A stretch of 64,000 bases of DNA, taken from Fidelibacterota bacterium. Its GTDB lineage: Bacteria > Fidelibacterota > UBA8477 > JABMPR01. The notes beneath the pieces were generated by a model that saw nothing but the letters and a program-made list of their open reading frames with translations, did not search any database and was not told the DNA's origin. The DNA lies in contig JABMOS010000113.1 of NCBI GenBank assembly GCA_013203185.1, positions 6,677 through 70,676 on the forward strand, given 5' to 3'. The translations under genes were made by a program, and so were the position numbers. Shown one piece after another: positions 1 through 10,411 of the stretch; positions within the stretch are counted from its first letter, which is position 1, and each line of letters begins with the position of its first letter.

Positions 1-1683
1 GAATGGACCTACGTTCGCAAAGATGGCAGTCAACTAACTGTAGATTCAGCAGTAACGGCAACCAGAGATACTTCTGGAGAAATAACAGGTTTTCTCGGAA
101 TCGCCCTTGATATTACTCAAAGGAAACGTGGTGAGGAAGCGCTCCGATTGGCGAAATCTGTTGCTGAAGAAGCCAACAGGACAAAAAGCGAGTTTCTCAC
201 AAATATGAGTCACGAACTCAGAACACCACTGAACTCAGTAATTGGATTTTCAAACATCATTTTGAGAAATACTGAATCAAAGTTGGATGATAAGGAAATT
301 ATCTATCTCGAACGAATTCAAGCCAATGGAAAGCATCTTCTCGAATTGATCAATGATATCCTTGATCTTTCCAAAGTTGAAGCTGGTAGTATGGACCTGG
401 AAATTGTTAGTATCAACGTAGGTGACCTAATCCGAGATCTTATTGGTCAGGTTGAGAGTCAGGTTGCTCAAAAACCGGTTAATCTTGTTGAAGTTTTTCC
501 AGAGAAGATAATTGAGATCCAAACCGACCCAGGAAAGCTCAAACAAATTATTCTGAATCTGGTTTCAAACGCCATAAAGTTTACGGATGAAGGCGAAGTG
601 AAAGTTGAGGTCATTACACATCCTGTAACAAATCGGCCCCTCTCTATCAGTGTAATTGACTCTGGGATCGGAATTCCAGAGGATCGCATCGGTCATATTT
701 TTGATGAATTTGAACAGGTAGATTCCAGCACCCAACGTAAATATGGTGGTACAGGATTGGGTCTATCCATTAGCCGTGCCCTCTGCCAACTCATGGGGTA
801 TAGCTTGGACGTTAATAGTGAAGTTGGCAAGGGGTCGACATTCAAAATTTCAATACCCCTGAATGATCCCGTAGCACGAGTAGAAGAGTCCATTCGCCAA
901 ACGACTCGTGCTTCAGATCGAGCATCAGGTTTGGAGACGGATGGAAGCTTCAAAGGGAAACATATTCTACTTGTGGATGACGATCCTGATTCGCTGACTC
1001 TCCTCACACATTACTTGAAAGATACTGAATGTGAGCTGGAAACAGCACCCTCCACTGCTGCTGCTATGACTGCGGTGAAACGTCGAAAACCCGATCTCAT
1101 CACACTGGACCTCAGGATGCCAGACGAGACTGGTGATGTTTTCCTGGCAGCACTAAGGGCAAACAAAGAATATGCTGATATTCCAGTGGTGGTAGTGAGT
1201 ATCGTGGCGCGGGAAAATCGAGGTAAATTACCAGGCGCTACAGATTTCGTGCAAAAACCAGTAAATCAGCATGACCTTCTATGGGCTATCCGTAGAAATA
1301 TTCAAAAGGCCCCGTGTTGTGTACTACTGGTAGAAGATGATGCAGATATGAGGGATCTTATCTCCGAATACCTATCAGATCTTCAACTTGAACTCAGGAC
1401 TGCAGGAAATGGTCAAGAAGCTCTTGATATTCTTGAAGATTATGTCCCTAATTTGATACTTCTTGATTTAAAAATGCCAGAAATGGACGGGATGAAATTT
1501 CTAGAAGTATTAGAGACCAGCACCAGCCATACCATGCCGCGTGTCATGATAATTACAGGTAAAAATTTAAGTCCCCAAGAAGAACTCTTGATAAAAAATG
1601 ATGGCATCACTATTATCAGGAAGGATCAAGATTTTGAAAAAGAGCTCAGGCACCAAATGCTAAACATATTTTTAGAAAAATAG
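1..1683 (+). CDS. Hybrid sensor histidine kinase (PAS/PAC-HisKA-HATPase-REC-REC), 5' end outside the window
   Basis: Frame is open from base 1 (EWTYVRKDGS...GIALDITQRK, PAC-like). H-box MSHELRTPL, N-box NLVSNAIKFT, G boxes DSGIGI and GGTGLGL, two receiver domains (LLVDDD...LDLRMP; LLVEDD...LDLKMP). Confidence 0.93.
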   Translation, partial: EWTYVRKDGSQLTVDSAVTATRDTSGEITGFLGIALDITQRKRGEEALRLAKSVAEEANRTKSEFLTNMSHELRTPLNSVIGFSNIILRNTESKLDDKEIIYLERIQANGKHLLELINDILDLSKVEAGSMDLEIVSINVGDLIRDLIGQVESQVAQKPVNLVEVFPEKIIEIQTDPGKLKQIILNLVSNAIKFTDEGEVKVEVITHPVTNRPLSISVIDSGIGIPEDRIGHIFDEFEQVDSSTQRKYGGTGLGLSISRALCQLMGYSLDVNSEVGKGSTFKISIPLNDPVARVEESIRQTTRASDRASGLETDGSFKGKHILLVDDDPDSLTLLTHYLKDTECELETAPSTAAAMTAVKRRKPDLITLDLRMPDETGDVFLAALRANKEYADIPVVVVSIVARENRGKLPGATDFVQKPVNQHDLLWAIRRNIQKAPCCVLLVEDDADMRDLISEYLSDLQLELRTAGNGQEALDILEDYVPNLILLDLKMPEMDGMKFLEVLETSTSHTMPRVMIITGKNLSPQEELLIKNDGITIIRKDQDFEKELRHQMLNIFLEK

Positions 1684-1686
1684 AGC

Positions 1687-3216
1687 ATGGAAGAATTTCA
1701 AAAAGTTTACCTGCAAAAAATGGGATCGAGAATTGAGGCCTTAAGGGCTGCTGGGAAAGGGCTCTCATTCAATTTCGAAGAATCGGCTATTTCTGCAAGA
1801 CGGTTAGCCCACTCTCTTCGCGGATCAGGTGCAACTTATGGATTCCCGAGAATTAGCGAACTCTCGGCTGCTTTAGAAGATGCTGCCGACGATATGTTGG
1901 CCGAATCACTGGCCCACCTGATTGCCCATCTTCAGGAACTATATGATGGAACACGAACTGATCGTGAAAAAATCCTGGTTGTTGATGACGCTGACGAGAT
2001 AAGGTTGATGTTGGGGGTCATCTTACAAAAGCAGGGATATGAGGTGACGACTGCTGAAACGGCCCAGGAAGGCATGGACTTTCTTGCAAAAGAGTCATTT
2101 GATGTCATGATATTAGATTTGGTCCTACCTGACATGGATGGCAGGAATTTTCTTATCAAGCTGAGAGAGGATCATCGTACAGCCACCTTACCAGTCCTGG
2201 TTCTTTCTGCAAAAAACAGTCCGCAAATTAAAGCCGAATGTTTTGCCCTGGGTGCAGACGACTATTTTGAAAAACCGCTTGATCCTGCCTTGCTGACCAC
2301 CAGGGTTGCAGTCACATTGCAACGCAGTCGCAACCTGGAAAAGCAAACACGCTTTGATCATCTCACCAACCTTCCAAACCGGGCAGCTTTTTCGGAGAAT
2401 TTTGAATCCCAAAGTAAACTGGCAAATCGTGAGGATACGCCACTCTGTCTGGCCATGCTTGATTTAGATGAATTCAAAAAAATAAACGATGAATATGGAC
2501 ATATGGTTGGTGATGAAGCACTTCGTTATGCGGCGACTCAGATTCGAGAGAAATTGCGACAATCAGATTATGTGGCCCGCTGGGGTGGGGAAGAGTTTGC
2601 AGTGCTGTTACCTGCTACCCTTGAAAATGAGGGGAAGGCTGCCCTGACCAAGGCGCTTTCCCATTTAAATCATTTTCCACTGGTCACAAAAACCGGGGCA
2701 TCAATTTCCATCTCTTTTTCAGGTGGTGTCTACCAAGTAAAACCAGGTGATGGTCTGGAGCAGGCCCTTTCACAGGCGGATGCAGTGCTGTATCAGGCGA
2801 AAGCAGGTGGTAGAAACTGTATCATGGCTTCCGAGGACGAAATTGAGATTAGACCTACCAGGATTCTACTGGCAGAAGATGATGAACTCACAGCAGAATT
2901 TATACTCCATCGATTGCGCAAGGATGGTTTCCAAATTGATCACTTCGATCGTGGTGATGCAGCTCTGGAGGCTGCACGGAAATCAAAATACGATCTGGCC
3001 ATTTATGATGTAAAAATGCCAGGAATGGAAGGCTTTGAGCTTCTGCAAAGAACCCGAGGGGACTCCATGAACCAAAAAACCCCAGTGATAATGCTGACTT
3101 CCATGGGCAGTGAACAGGATATCACAAGAGGTCTTAAACTGGGGGCAAACGACTACGTATTAAAACCATTTAGTCCTATGGAGTTACTTGCCAGAATCCG
3201 ACGCCTGTTGAAATGA
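1687..3216 (+). CDS. Diguanylate cyclase response regulator (Hpt-REC-GGDEF-REC)
   Basis: Hpt motif LAHSLRGSGATYG, receiver domain, RWGGEEF active site with RQSD I-site, C-terminal receiver domain. Confidence 0.92.
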   Translation: MEEFQKVYLQKMGSRIEALRAAGKGLSFNFEESAISARRLAHSLRGSGATYGFPRISELSAALEDAADDMLAESLAHLIAHLQELYDGTRTDREKILVVDDADEIRLMLGVILQKQGYEVTTAETAQEGMDFLAKESFDVMILDLVLPDMDGRNFLIKLREDHRTATLPVLVLSAKNSPQIKAECFALGADDYFEKPLDPALLTTRVAVTLQRSRNLEKQTRFDHLTNLPNRAAFSENFESQSKLANREDTPLCLAMLDLDEFKKINDEYGHMVGDEALRYAATQIREKLRQSDYVARWGGEEFAVLLPATLENEGKAALTKALSHLNHFPLVTKTGASISISFSGGVYQVKPGDGLEQALSQADAVLYQAKAGGRNCIMASEDEIEIRPTRILLAEDDELTAEFILHRLRKDGFQIDHFDRGDAALEAARKSKYDLAIYDVKMPGMEGFELLQRTRGDSMNQKTPVIMLTSMGSEQDITRGLKLGANDYVLKPFSPMELLARIRRLLK

Positions 3217-3584
3217 GCTATTCGCTATTAATCATAGATGATGACGAAGATATCCGCCTGATTCTAAACTCCGTTCTTGCATCAATTGATAGCCTGACCG
3301 TTTTTGAGGCAGCTGATGGGGCGACGGCGCGCGAGATGATGCAGAATCAAAAGATTGATGGTATCATTTTAGACTACCAATTGCCTGATATGAGTGGTGA
3401 AGAGTTGTTGGGAATAATTAAAAACCCCTTATCATCCGATCAACCTGCTGTGGTCATGCTCTCTGCCAGAGATGATAAAGATTTGGTTGAGAAGTGGCTT
3501 GGTATGGGAGCAAAGGCAGTGCTAAGAAAACCATTTAACCCTTTTGAACTCCTCGGGCAGCTTAGGACTCAACTTGAATTCTGA
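3213..3584 (+). CDS. Single-domain response regulator (REC)
   Basis: IIDDD...ILDYQLPDMSG...KPF motifs; ATGA overlap with the upstream gene. Confidence 0.9.
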   Translation: MSYSLLIIDDDEDIRLILNSVLASIDSLTVFEAADGATAREMMQNQKIDGIILDYQLPDMSGEELLGIIKNPLSSDQPAVVMLSARDDKDLVEKWLGMGAKAVLRKPFNPFELLGQLRTQLEF

Positions 3585-4713
3585 ACAATTTCTAAAATAT
3601 TTGAAGCAGGTGCATGCCTATTTAAATGGATTGAGCGAAGAATTCTTTTCCCATTTTGAGAAACTTCCACGTCTTGAAATAGCCCTGCAAATACTCATCC
3701 TCACAGTGGTGTTTCTCTTTGTAACCACCATCATTATTGCAGTTGGTGTAGTCTTGCTGCGGATGAAAAATAATATCCTCTCAAATAGATATTCCCGGCT
3801 TGAGAAGAGCTGGGAGGGGCAAATTATGGAAATTCTTAATGATGATGACAATGAAGAATATCCAGAGATGGAGATCAAAAGGAGAGACAGGGATTTCTTT
3901 GTTCAATATCTCTACCGGTTTGCATCCCGATTAAGAGGTCAGGACCTCCAAATTATTAAGGACCTTGCTGCCCCATATTTGCCCATGATTGCCGGGAAAT
4001 TGGAGAGTGGATATCCTGAGTTACGTGCTCGAAATATCAATATCCTGGCTACCTTGGGATTTCCAGAATATATTGATCCTATCATCCACGCACTGCAAGA
4101 AGACGCTCCCATTGTAAAGATGGCCGCAGCGAGAATTTTAGCCCATGCAGATTACCCAGAGCATATCGATCTCATTCTTCCTGAGCTATCACATTTTGAT
4201 GAGTGGAGCATGAACTTCCTCTCCTCAATGCTAGCTGAAATGGGACCATCCATTGCTCCACGCCTGCGGATAGAACTTCTAAATAGAGAAGCTTCAGTTC
4301 GAGTAAGAATCGCATCAGCAGAAGCCTTGCGACAAATCGGTGATTTGGCAGCACCAGACGCCGCAGCCAGGGTTTTAGAAACTGGTGATGACCCGGAGCT
4401 AAGTGCAACTTGTTTAAAGATATTGCGGGACATGGGAACCCCTCGACATCGACCGCTTTTGCTGGACCTGGTTGGGTCACCTGAGGAGATTATCCGCATT
4501 CACGCCCTCTCAGCCCTTGGCTCTATTGGCTTAGAATCTGATGCTGCTATTATGCTTAAAGGTCTGGACGATCCCTCAAGTTGGGTAGCCTTGCAAGCTG
4601 CAAGAGCCTTACATCAGATAAAAAACACCAAATTGCTTGAGGAAATCGCTACTTCAGATCACTTCAGAGCTTCAATTGCTCAGCAGATTCTCGCGGAGGT
4701 CAATGGCTTATGA
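3544..4713 (+). CDS. Membrane-anchored HEAT-repeat protein (start uncertain, possibly TTG at 3574)
   Basis: One long hydrophobic helix followed by HEAT-like repeats (VKMAAARILA, VRIASAEALRQIG, IRIHALSALGSIG, VALQAARAL). Confidence 0.85.
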   Translation: MNSSGSLGLNLNSEQFLKYLKQVHAYLNGLSEEFFSHFEKLPRLEIALQILILTVVFLFVTTIIIAVGVVLLRMKNNILSNRYSRLEKSWEGQIMEILNDDDNEEYPEMEIKRRDRDFFVQYLYRFASRLRGQDLQIIKDLAAPYLPMIAGKLESGYPELRARNINILATLGFPEYIDPIIHALQEDAPIVKMAAARILAHADYPEHIDLILPELSHFDEWSMNFLSSMLAEMGPSIAPRLRIELLNREASVRVRIASAEALRQIGDLAAPDAAARVLETGDDPELSATCLKILRDMGTPRHRPLLLDLVGSPEEIIRIHALSALGSIGLESDAAIMLKGLDDPSSWVALQAARALHQIKNTKLLEEIATSDHFRASIAQQILAEVNGL

Positions 4714-6146
4714 CCATTCTTATCCGTTCGTTGGAGTTTTTGTTGGAAGGGTTCAACTATGTGGTATTGGCCTACTTCCTCCTTCTGAATTTCTTTTACC
4801 TGTTGACAACAATTTTTGCTTTTTTTGCTTTAAGATCCTATGCTCGACGCATGGAGGCAGTAGATCTGCAATCATTGATGGCGAAAGCCGGGGTGCCTCC
4901 TGTAACCCTTTTTGCACCTGCTTACAATGAAGAAGCCACTTGTGTGGAATCTATCCGGGCACTATTGGCCCTGAACTATCCCGAATATGAAGTCCTGGTG
5001 ATTAACGATGGATCCAAGGATTCCACCATGGAACAGCTTATTAATGCTTTCGAGCTAAAACCCGCAGCGCGATACCAGGTTGCCGATATTAAGGCAGCAG
5101 CTGTTCGAGGTATTTACCGCAGCGAGTATCAACCAAATTTGTGGGTTATTGATAAGGAAAATGGGGGTAAGGCAGACGCTTTGAATGTGGGGATAAATTA
5201 TTGTCGCACCCCCCTCTTTTGCGCAATGGACGCCGACAGTATTCTGGAAAGAGACGCACTCATTCGTATTGTGCGACCCTTCCTGGAAGATGCCCATACA
5301 GTAGCAGCTGGCGGGATTATTCGAATCGTAAATGATTGTACCCTGAAGCGTGGTACTTTGACAAAAATCAGATTGCCGAAAAACATTTGGGCCAAATTTC
5401 AAGTTCTGGAATATTTACGAGCTTTCCTTTCAGGTCGTATGGGATGGAGTGCCATGAACGCGACCTTGATCATTTCTGGGGCTTTTGGTATGTTTAAGCG
5501 CTCTGCTGTGGTTGCCGTTGGTGGCTATGCCCATGATACCGTAGGTGAAGACATGGAATTGGTGGTTAAGCTTCATCGCTATCATCTTGAGCGCAAGCTA
5601 CCCTACACCATCTCATTTGTTCCGGATCCTGTAGCCTGGACAGAATGTCCAGAATCGACTAAAATTCTGGGACGTCAGCGCGACCGTTGGCAAAGGGGAC
5701 TATTTGAAGTCCTTTCCCGGCACAGAGTGATGCTACTTAATCCAAAATACGGGCGAATAGGCATGTTTGCCTTCCCCTATTTCTATTTTCTGGAAATGTT
5801 GGGACCCGCTATTGAGATGCCTGGCTATATCACTTTTCTCATTGCCCTCATCTGGGGATCTATTTCATACACTTATATGGCAGCCTTCTTTGTTGTAGCA
5901 TTCATTTTTGGTGTGGCGCTCTCACTATTTTCAGTGGCACTTGAAGAGCTTACTTTCAGACGCTATCCTCGAACCAGAGATCTATTTCAACTATTCTTTC
6001 TCGCCGTTATTGAGAATTTTGGGTATCGTCAACTCACCATCTATTGGCGAATGCATGGATTTATTTCTGCACTTCGAAAAGTTGAAGGATGGGGCAAGAT
6101 GGAGCGCAAGGGCTTTGCCACAGCGCCAGATGAAAGCGCGAAATGA
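4710..6146 (+). CDS. Processive glycosyltransferase family 2 (PgaC/IcaA/cellulose synthase-like)
   Basis: PAYNEE, GGKADALN, MDADS (DxD), GED and QRDRW motifs; N- and C-terminal transmembrane helices. Confidence 0.92.
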   Translation: MTILIRSLEFLLEGFNYVVLAYFLLLNFFYLLTTIFAFFALRSYARRMEAVDLQSLMAKAGVPPVTLFAPAYNEEATCVESIRALLALNYPEYEVLVINDGSKDSTMEQLINAFELKPAARYQVADIKAAAVRGIYRSEYQPNLWVIDKENGGKADALNVGINYCRTPLFCAMDADSILERDALIRIVRPFLEDAHTVAAGGIIRIVNDCTLKRGTLTKIRLPKNIWAKFQVLEYLRAFLSGRMGWSAMNATLIISGAFGMFKRSAVVAVGGYAHDTVGEDMELVVKLHRYHLERKLPYTISFVPDPVAWTECPESTKILGRQRDRWQRGLFEVLSRHRVMLLNPKYGRIGMFAFPYFYFLEMLGPAIEMPGYITFLIALIWGSISYTYMAAFFVVAFIFGVALSLFSVALEELTFRRYPRTRDLFQLFFLAVIENFGYRQLTIYWRMHGFISALRKVEGWGKMERKGFATAPDESAK

Positions 6147-7342
6147 TCAAGATAAATACTGAAAAGATTCTAGAATTCATCACCCGACCCCTCGAAGTTG
6201 TGATCTTAAGATATATCTTTATTTTCATAATAGCAGTTCCGTTGGGCATGTATCTGATGTGGGTTTTCTCTTCAAAGCACGAGCTTGAAATTGTTATTGT
6301 GAACAAATCTGTTACCGATAACAAAAACGCAGAGCTGCGCTCATTGACCTGGGTTTTAAATCATGAACGTATTGTGAAGGCTTCTCATGAATTTTACCAG
6401 TCGGATTCCAATTATTTTGGATTCTACCCCCGATTGGGTGGTGACTTTTCAGTTCGTGATTTTCATGCTTACGACTCACTGGAAATAATCAACCTGGTCA
6501 ACAATTCTGACCTGCTTTATCTCACTGATTCATACGGCGTTTACACACATGATTACGGCGTTGATCTAAACAAGCCCAATCGTCTATTATATGGTGGTTT
6601 TAACCGCAGTGATCTTGATGTGTTAAAAGAGTTCCGTGCTCAAAAGAAACTGATATTGAGTGAGTTCTCTCTTTTCGCCCCTCCCACTGGTCGGAGTATA
6701 CGAGATTCACTCCAGACTATTCTGGGGCTAAAATGGTCAGGCTGGACGGGCCGTTACTTTCTATCGCTTGATTCCACAGCGCATGGGGATTTACCAGAAT
6801 GGGTGGTTAATCTATATCATCAAAAATATGGGCCAGAATGGCCATTTTTTGATTCAGGTATCGTCCTGGTCAGAGGAGATGATATTGTGATTCTTGAATA
6901 CGGTACCCATTTGATTCAAGAAGCACCAATTATTGAGACACAAACTATTAACGCCAAGACATATGGACTGCCCCCATCCGTCCCGTATCCTTTCTGGTTT
7001 GATATTGTAACATCCCCTGAGCGGAACAACCAAATAATATCCATTTTTCATTTGGAGGTGAATGAACGTGGCGACGCTCTCCTCAATGCCCACAATATTC
7101 CCAAAATGTTTCCTGCGGTGTTGAAAGAGACCACGGGCGAACATCCATTTTATTATTTTGCCGGTGACTTTTCAGATAATCCAGTTCTTACAGTGACAGC
7201 CTATTTTAAGGGCATTAAGCGGTTCCATAAGTTCTTTTACAATGAAAAAAATGTTGAGGATCGTCGTCAATTCTCCTGGCGATTCTATCGACCTTTGATT
7301 ACCAACATTCTTCGGAATGAAGTGAAACGACTAAACCGTTAA
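6143..7342 (+). CDS. Hypothetical membrane-anchored extracytoplasmic protein, last gene of the GT2 operon
   Basis: 399-aa ORF with an ATGA overlap to the GT2 gene, an N-terminal transmembrane helix and an aromatic-rich soluble domain. Confidence 0.75.
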   Translation: MIKINTEKILEFITRPLEVVILRYIFIFIIAVPLGMYLMWVFSSKHELEIVIVNKSVTDNKNAELRSLTWVLNHERIVKASHEFYQSDSNYFGFYPRLGGDFSVRDFHAYDSLEIINLVNNSDLLYLTDSYGVYTHDYGVDLNKPNRLLYGGFNRSDLDVLKEFRAQKKLILSEFSLFAPPTGRSIRDSLQTILGLKWSGWTGRYFLSLDSTAHGDLPEWVVNLYHQKYGPEWPFFDSGIVLVRGDDIVILEYGTHLIQEAPIIETQTINAKTYGLPPSVPYPFWFDIVTSPERNNQIISIFHLEVNERGDALLNAHNIPKMFPAVLKETTGEHPFYYFAGDFSDNPVLTVTAYFKGIKRFHKFFYNEKNVEDRRQFSWRFYRPLITNILRNEVKRLNR

Positions 7343-7473
7343 AGCTATTTTATTAATGAAAATTAACCCTTGTTGGTACAATTTGGTTTGGTAGAATTAG
7401 ATACCCATCTCACCCATTTCCACTATTTTAAATTAGCATCATTAAAACCGATTCAATAATACTGAGGTTACTC

Positions 7474-8817
7474 ATGAATAGATATTTTAAAAAGCTTGGA
7501 CTGGTACTTTTTCTTTTTGGTCTGATTTCCATTCGGATTTATGCCTGGGAAATACACACACTGATCGCTCAACCCGTATTTTCCTCAATGGATGAAGTGG
7601 TATCAGCTGAGGATGTCCTTGTCACGAGTTTGGAAGAGTTTCTTATCCTCGCGGAGCTGTATCTAGAAGAAACATTACAGGAAGAAGAGATGTGGGCAAG
7701 AAGCAATTTAGAGTTTTATGCCCCGCTACCAGATTCCCTGGCCTTTAAGGCCACCAATGATGTAGAAAGCGTACGCCAAAGATTTGCCCGGGCCATCAGA
7801 ATCAATCCCCAGTCAAAATTGATCTCATACTTGCAATTGGTTCCCGGTGCTAAACCAGGGACGCGTAACATTTTGGTTCCCGAAGATGTAACGCCACTGA
7901 AAGAGAATGATGGGTTTTACAATGTTACTTTTGTTAAGCTGGCACCTGGAGATAGTATTGACCCCCTCAGCGTCCTCGTTTCTGCAAACCATGAACCTGA
8001 TCTCGGTCTTGACATCGGTCTTTATGAAAACAATGACACGGATTGGGGTAAGTATTATGGTATGGGAACACAGCCCTTTGGAGATGCAAAACTCGAATAC
8101 GGTTCACAGGCTCCCATTCACATGGGTCTTTATCACGAAGCTGCTTTGATCAACATGGTGGCTCCATTTGTAAAAGATTGCTATCCAGAATATAGAATCC
8201 ACCTTTACAAGACACTCTCTGAGCTTGCCTTCAGTCTCGGTCATGATTATTGGGGATGGCGCTTTATGGGGTGGGGTCTGCATTATCTTGCAGATCTGAC
8301 ACAACCTTATCATTCCCGAGCTTTGCCTGGTGTTGGCACATTTAAGATGTTGGTCATGAATGTTATGGATATGATGGGTCGAAGCCGTATGAAGGATGAT
8401 GCAATTCGGTTGGTCTCAAACAGACATATGGCCATTGAGCTTCTGGAAAGGCAGCTTTTGGAACGGGCATATCTTGAAAATGACATGGACTATCTCCACA
8501 TAAAAACCCTCTCTGCAGAAAGGGTCATTCCTGAATATATGGATTTATTTCCCCGCGAAATTATTACCAAAAAAGCTGCTGCCAGGTCCAAGAAATTGGA
8601 TAAAATCATCGCAAAGAATTTCCCTCATCAATTGGTATCTGACCCCAATTATAAACTGGGAGATTTTGCAGGGAAGAATGAATTGGTGGATGTTCTTAAC
8701 AATTCTGGAAATCCAGAAGCCCTTAAGCGCCTGGAAACGGAACTCAATGATATCCTCATCGATTTTTCTGTCTATGGTCGCAGCTACGCCAGGAGTATCC
8801 TTTCTCAGACCCCCTGA
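7474..8817 (+). CDS. Secreted zinc-dependent phospholipase C / S1-P1 nuclease-like protein
   Basis: Signal peptide, mature N-terminus W-E-I-H, HYLADLTQPYH and a later HxxxE (HMAIE) as putative Zn ligands. Confidence 0.7.
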   Translation: MNRYFKKLGLVLFLFGLISIRIYAWEIHTLIAQPVFSSMDEVVSAEDVLVTSLEEFLILAELYLEETLQEEEMWARSNLEFYAPLPDSLAFKATNDVESVRQRFARAIRINPQSKLISYLQLVPGAKPGTRNILVPEDVTPLKENDGFYNVTFVKLAPGDSIDPLSVLVSANHEPDLGLDIGLYENNDTDWGKYYGMGTQPFGDAKLEYGSQAPIHMGLYHEAALINMVAPFVKDCYPEYRIHLYKTLSELAFSLGHDYWGWRFMGWGLHYLADLTQPYHSRALPGVGTFKMLVMNVMDMMGRSRMKDDAIRLVSNRHMAIELLERQLLERAYLENDMDYLHIKTLSAERVIPEYMDLFPREIITKKAAARSKKLDKIIAKNFPHQLVSDPNYKLGDFAGKNELVDVLNNSGNPEALKRLETELNDILIDFSVYGRSYARSILSQTP

Positions 8818-9010
8818 TCTTTATTCCCCGGGGGGTGTAGCACCTTGAGACCACCACCGAAGTTTTCTTCTAAAATGAACAGATGATTATGGAATCAGCA
8901 CCTCTGTTGAATCATATTCTACGCTCAATCTTGAGGGGGGATTTCAAAATCTAAAGCTTCCCCATAGCAAGAGTATTTTATTTTTTATTGCTTCTACAAG
9001 GGTACTTACC

Positions 9011-10237
9011 ATGTCCAAAAAATTCCAGCTCTTATTAATCCTCTCCATGCTTACTTCGATGCTTATCTCCCAGGAAATTTCAAAAAATGATGCTCCCAAT
9101 CTGTACATAGATTGTCGCTCATGTGATATGAACTATATCCGCACCGAGCTGGATTATGTGAATTATGTCATTGATCGCAATGATGCTGATCTTTTTATCA
9201 TGATCACCTGGCAAAGCACAGGTGGAAACGGTCGCAAATACACCATGACCCTGGAGGGACGCGAACGATTTGAAGGTCTGAGGGATTCTTTAACCTATGT
9301 GACGGATCAAGAGATGTCTGAAGATGAGATTCGAGAAAAAACGTTGAAATGGCTCAAGCTTGGAACCGTGCGTTTTATAAACTACACCCCACTGGCAGAT
9401 GAAATAAAAATAAGTTTTGATACAAATATGCCAATGGAACAGCCCTCAGATAATTGGGATTATTGGGTGTTTGAATCTAGCCTTAATGGATGGTTTGATG
9501 GCCAATCCACATATAGCAACACCAATGCACATTGGAGTTTTATTGCCCGGCGGACCACAGAAGCATGGAAGCTGAGGTTCCAGCTCAGGGGATCCTACAA
9601 TGAGGAACGTTATACCATCGGCGAGGATGAATATGTCAGTATTAGAAGAAATCCCGGTTTCAATTCTATGGTCGTAAAGGGTATTTCAGACCATTTCTCA
9701 GTGGGGTTCAGAGCAGGAGCATTTATTTCTACCTATTCAAATCTAGATCAGGCTATCTGGGTCAATCCCACGCTAGAGTATAACATCTTCCCTTATCAGG
9801 AATCTACCCGCCGGGAATTTCGATTTCAATATGTTGTGGGATGGAACATGAACGATTACCATGAGACTACCATCTATGATCAAAACGAGGAAAAACTCCT
9901 TAAGGAAGCCCTGGAAATCGATTTTGAATTGCATGAAGCCTGGGGTTCTGCCGAGTTAAATATTGAAGGCTCCCATTATTTCCATGATTTCAACAAGAAC
10001 CGACTGGATTTAAGGGGCGAACTCTCCTTGAAGATATTAAAGGGCTTTTCTTATAATATTCACGGTGGTTATTCCCTCATACACGATCAACTCTCCCTTC
10101 CCAAAGGCGAGGCCAGCCAGGAGGATATTCTGCTCCAAACCCAGGAACTTGAAACTCAGTATAGCTATTGGGGTTCAATGGGTATCAGCTACACTTTTGG
10201 CTCTATTTACAACAATATTGTGAATCCCAGATTCTAG
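9011..10237 (+). CDS. Hypothetical outer-membrane beta-barrel protein
   Basis: Signal peptide, N-terminal CRSC domain, alternating aromatic/hydrophobic strands, C-terminal Phe. Confidence 0.65.
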   Translation: MSKKFQLLLILSMLTSMLISQEISKNDAPNLYIDCRSCDMNYIRTELDYVNYVIDRNDADLFIMITWQSTGGNGRKYTMTLEGRERFEGLRDSLTYVTDQEMSEDEIREKTLKWLKLGTVRFINYTPLADEIKISFDTNMPMEQPSDNWDYWVFESSLNGWFDGQSTYSNTNAHWSFIARRTTEAWKLRFQLRGSYNEERYTIGEDEYVSIRRNPGFNSMVVKGISDHFSVGFRAGAFISTYSNLDQAIWVNPTLEYNIFPYQESTRREFRFQYVVGWNMNDYHETTIYDQNEEKLLKEALEIDFELHEAWGSAELNIEGSHYFHDFNKNRLDLRGELSLKILKGFSYNIHGGYSLIHDQLSLPKGEASQEDILLQTQELETQYSYWGSMGISYTFGSIYNNIVNPRF

Positions 10238-10411
10238 CCTAAACATACCAAAAATTACTCCCTCCCTTGAGCTGGCACGTGTCATTCAATTGGGAATATA
10301 TCAATTCCATATAGAGTTTAATCAAATTGATGTCTTTTTAGGCCGAGAAGGTGTAGGGCTCATCCATGTATATGACTGTATATATTGCATATAGGTGCCA
10401 CAGGTACCTGT

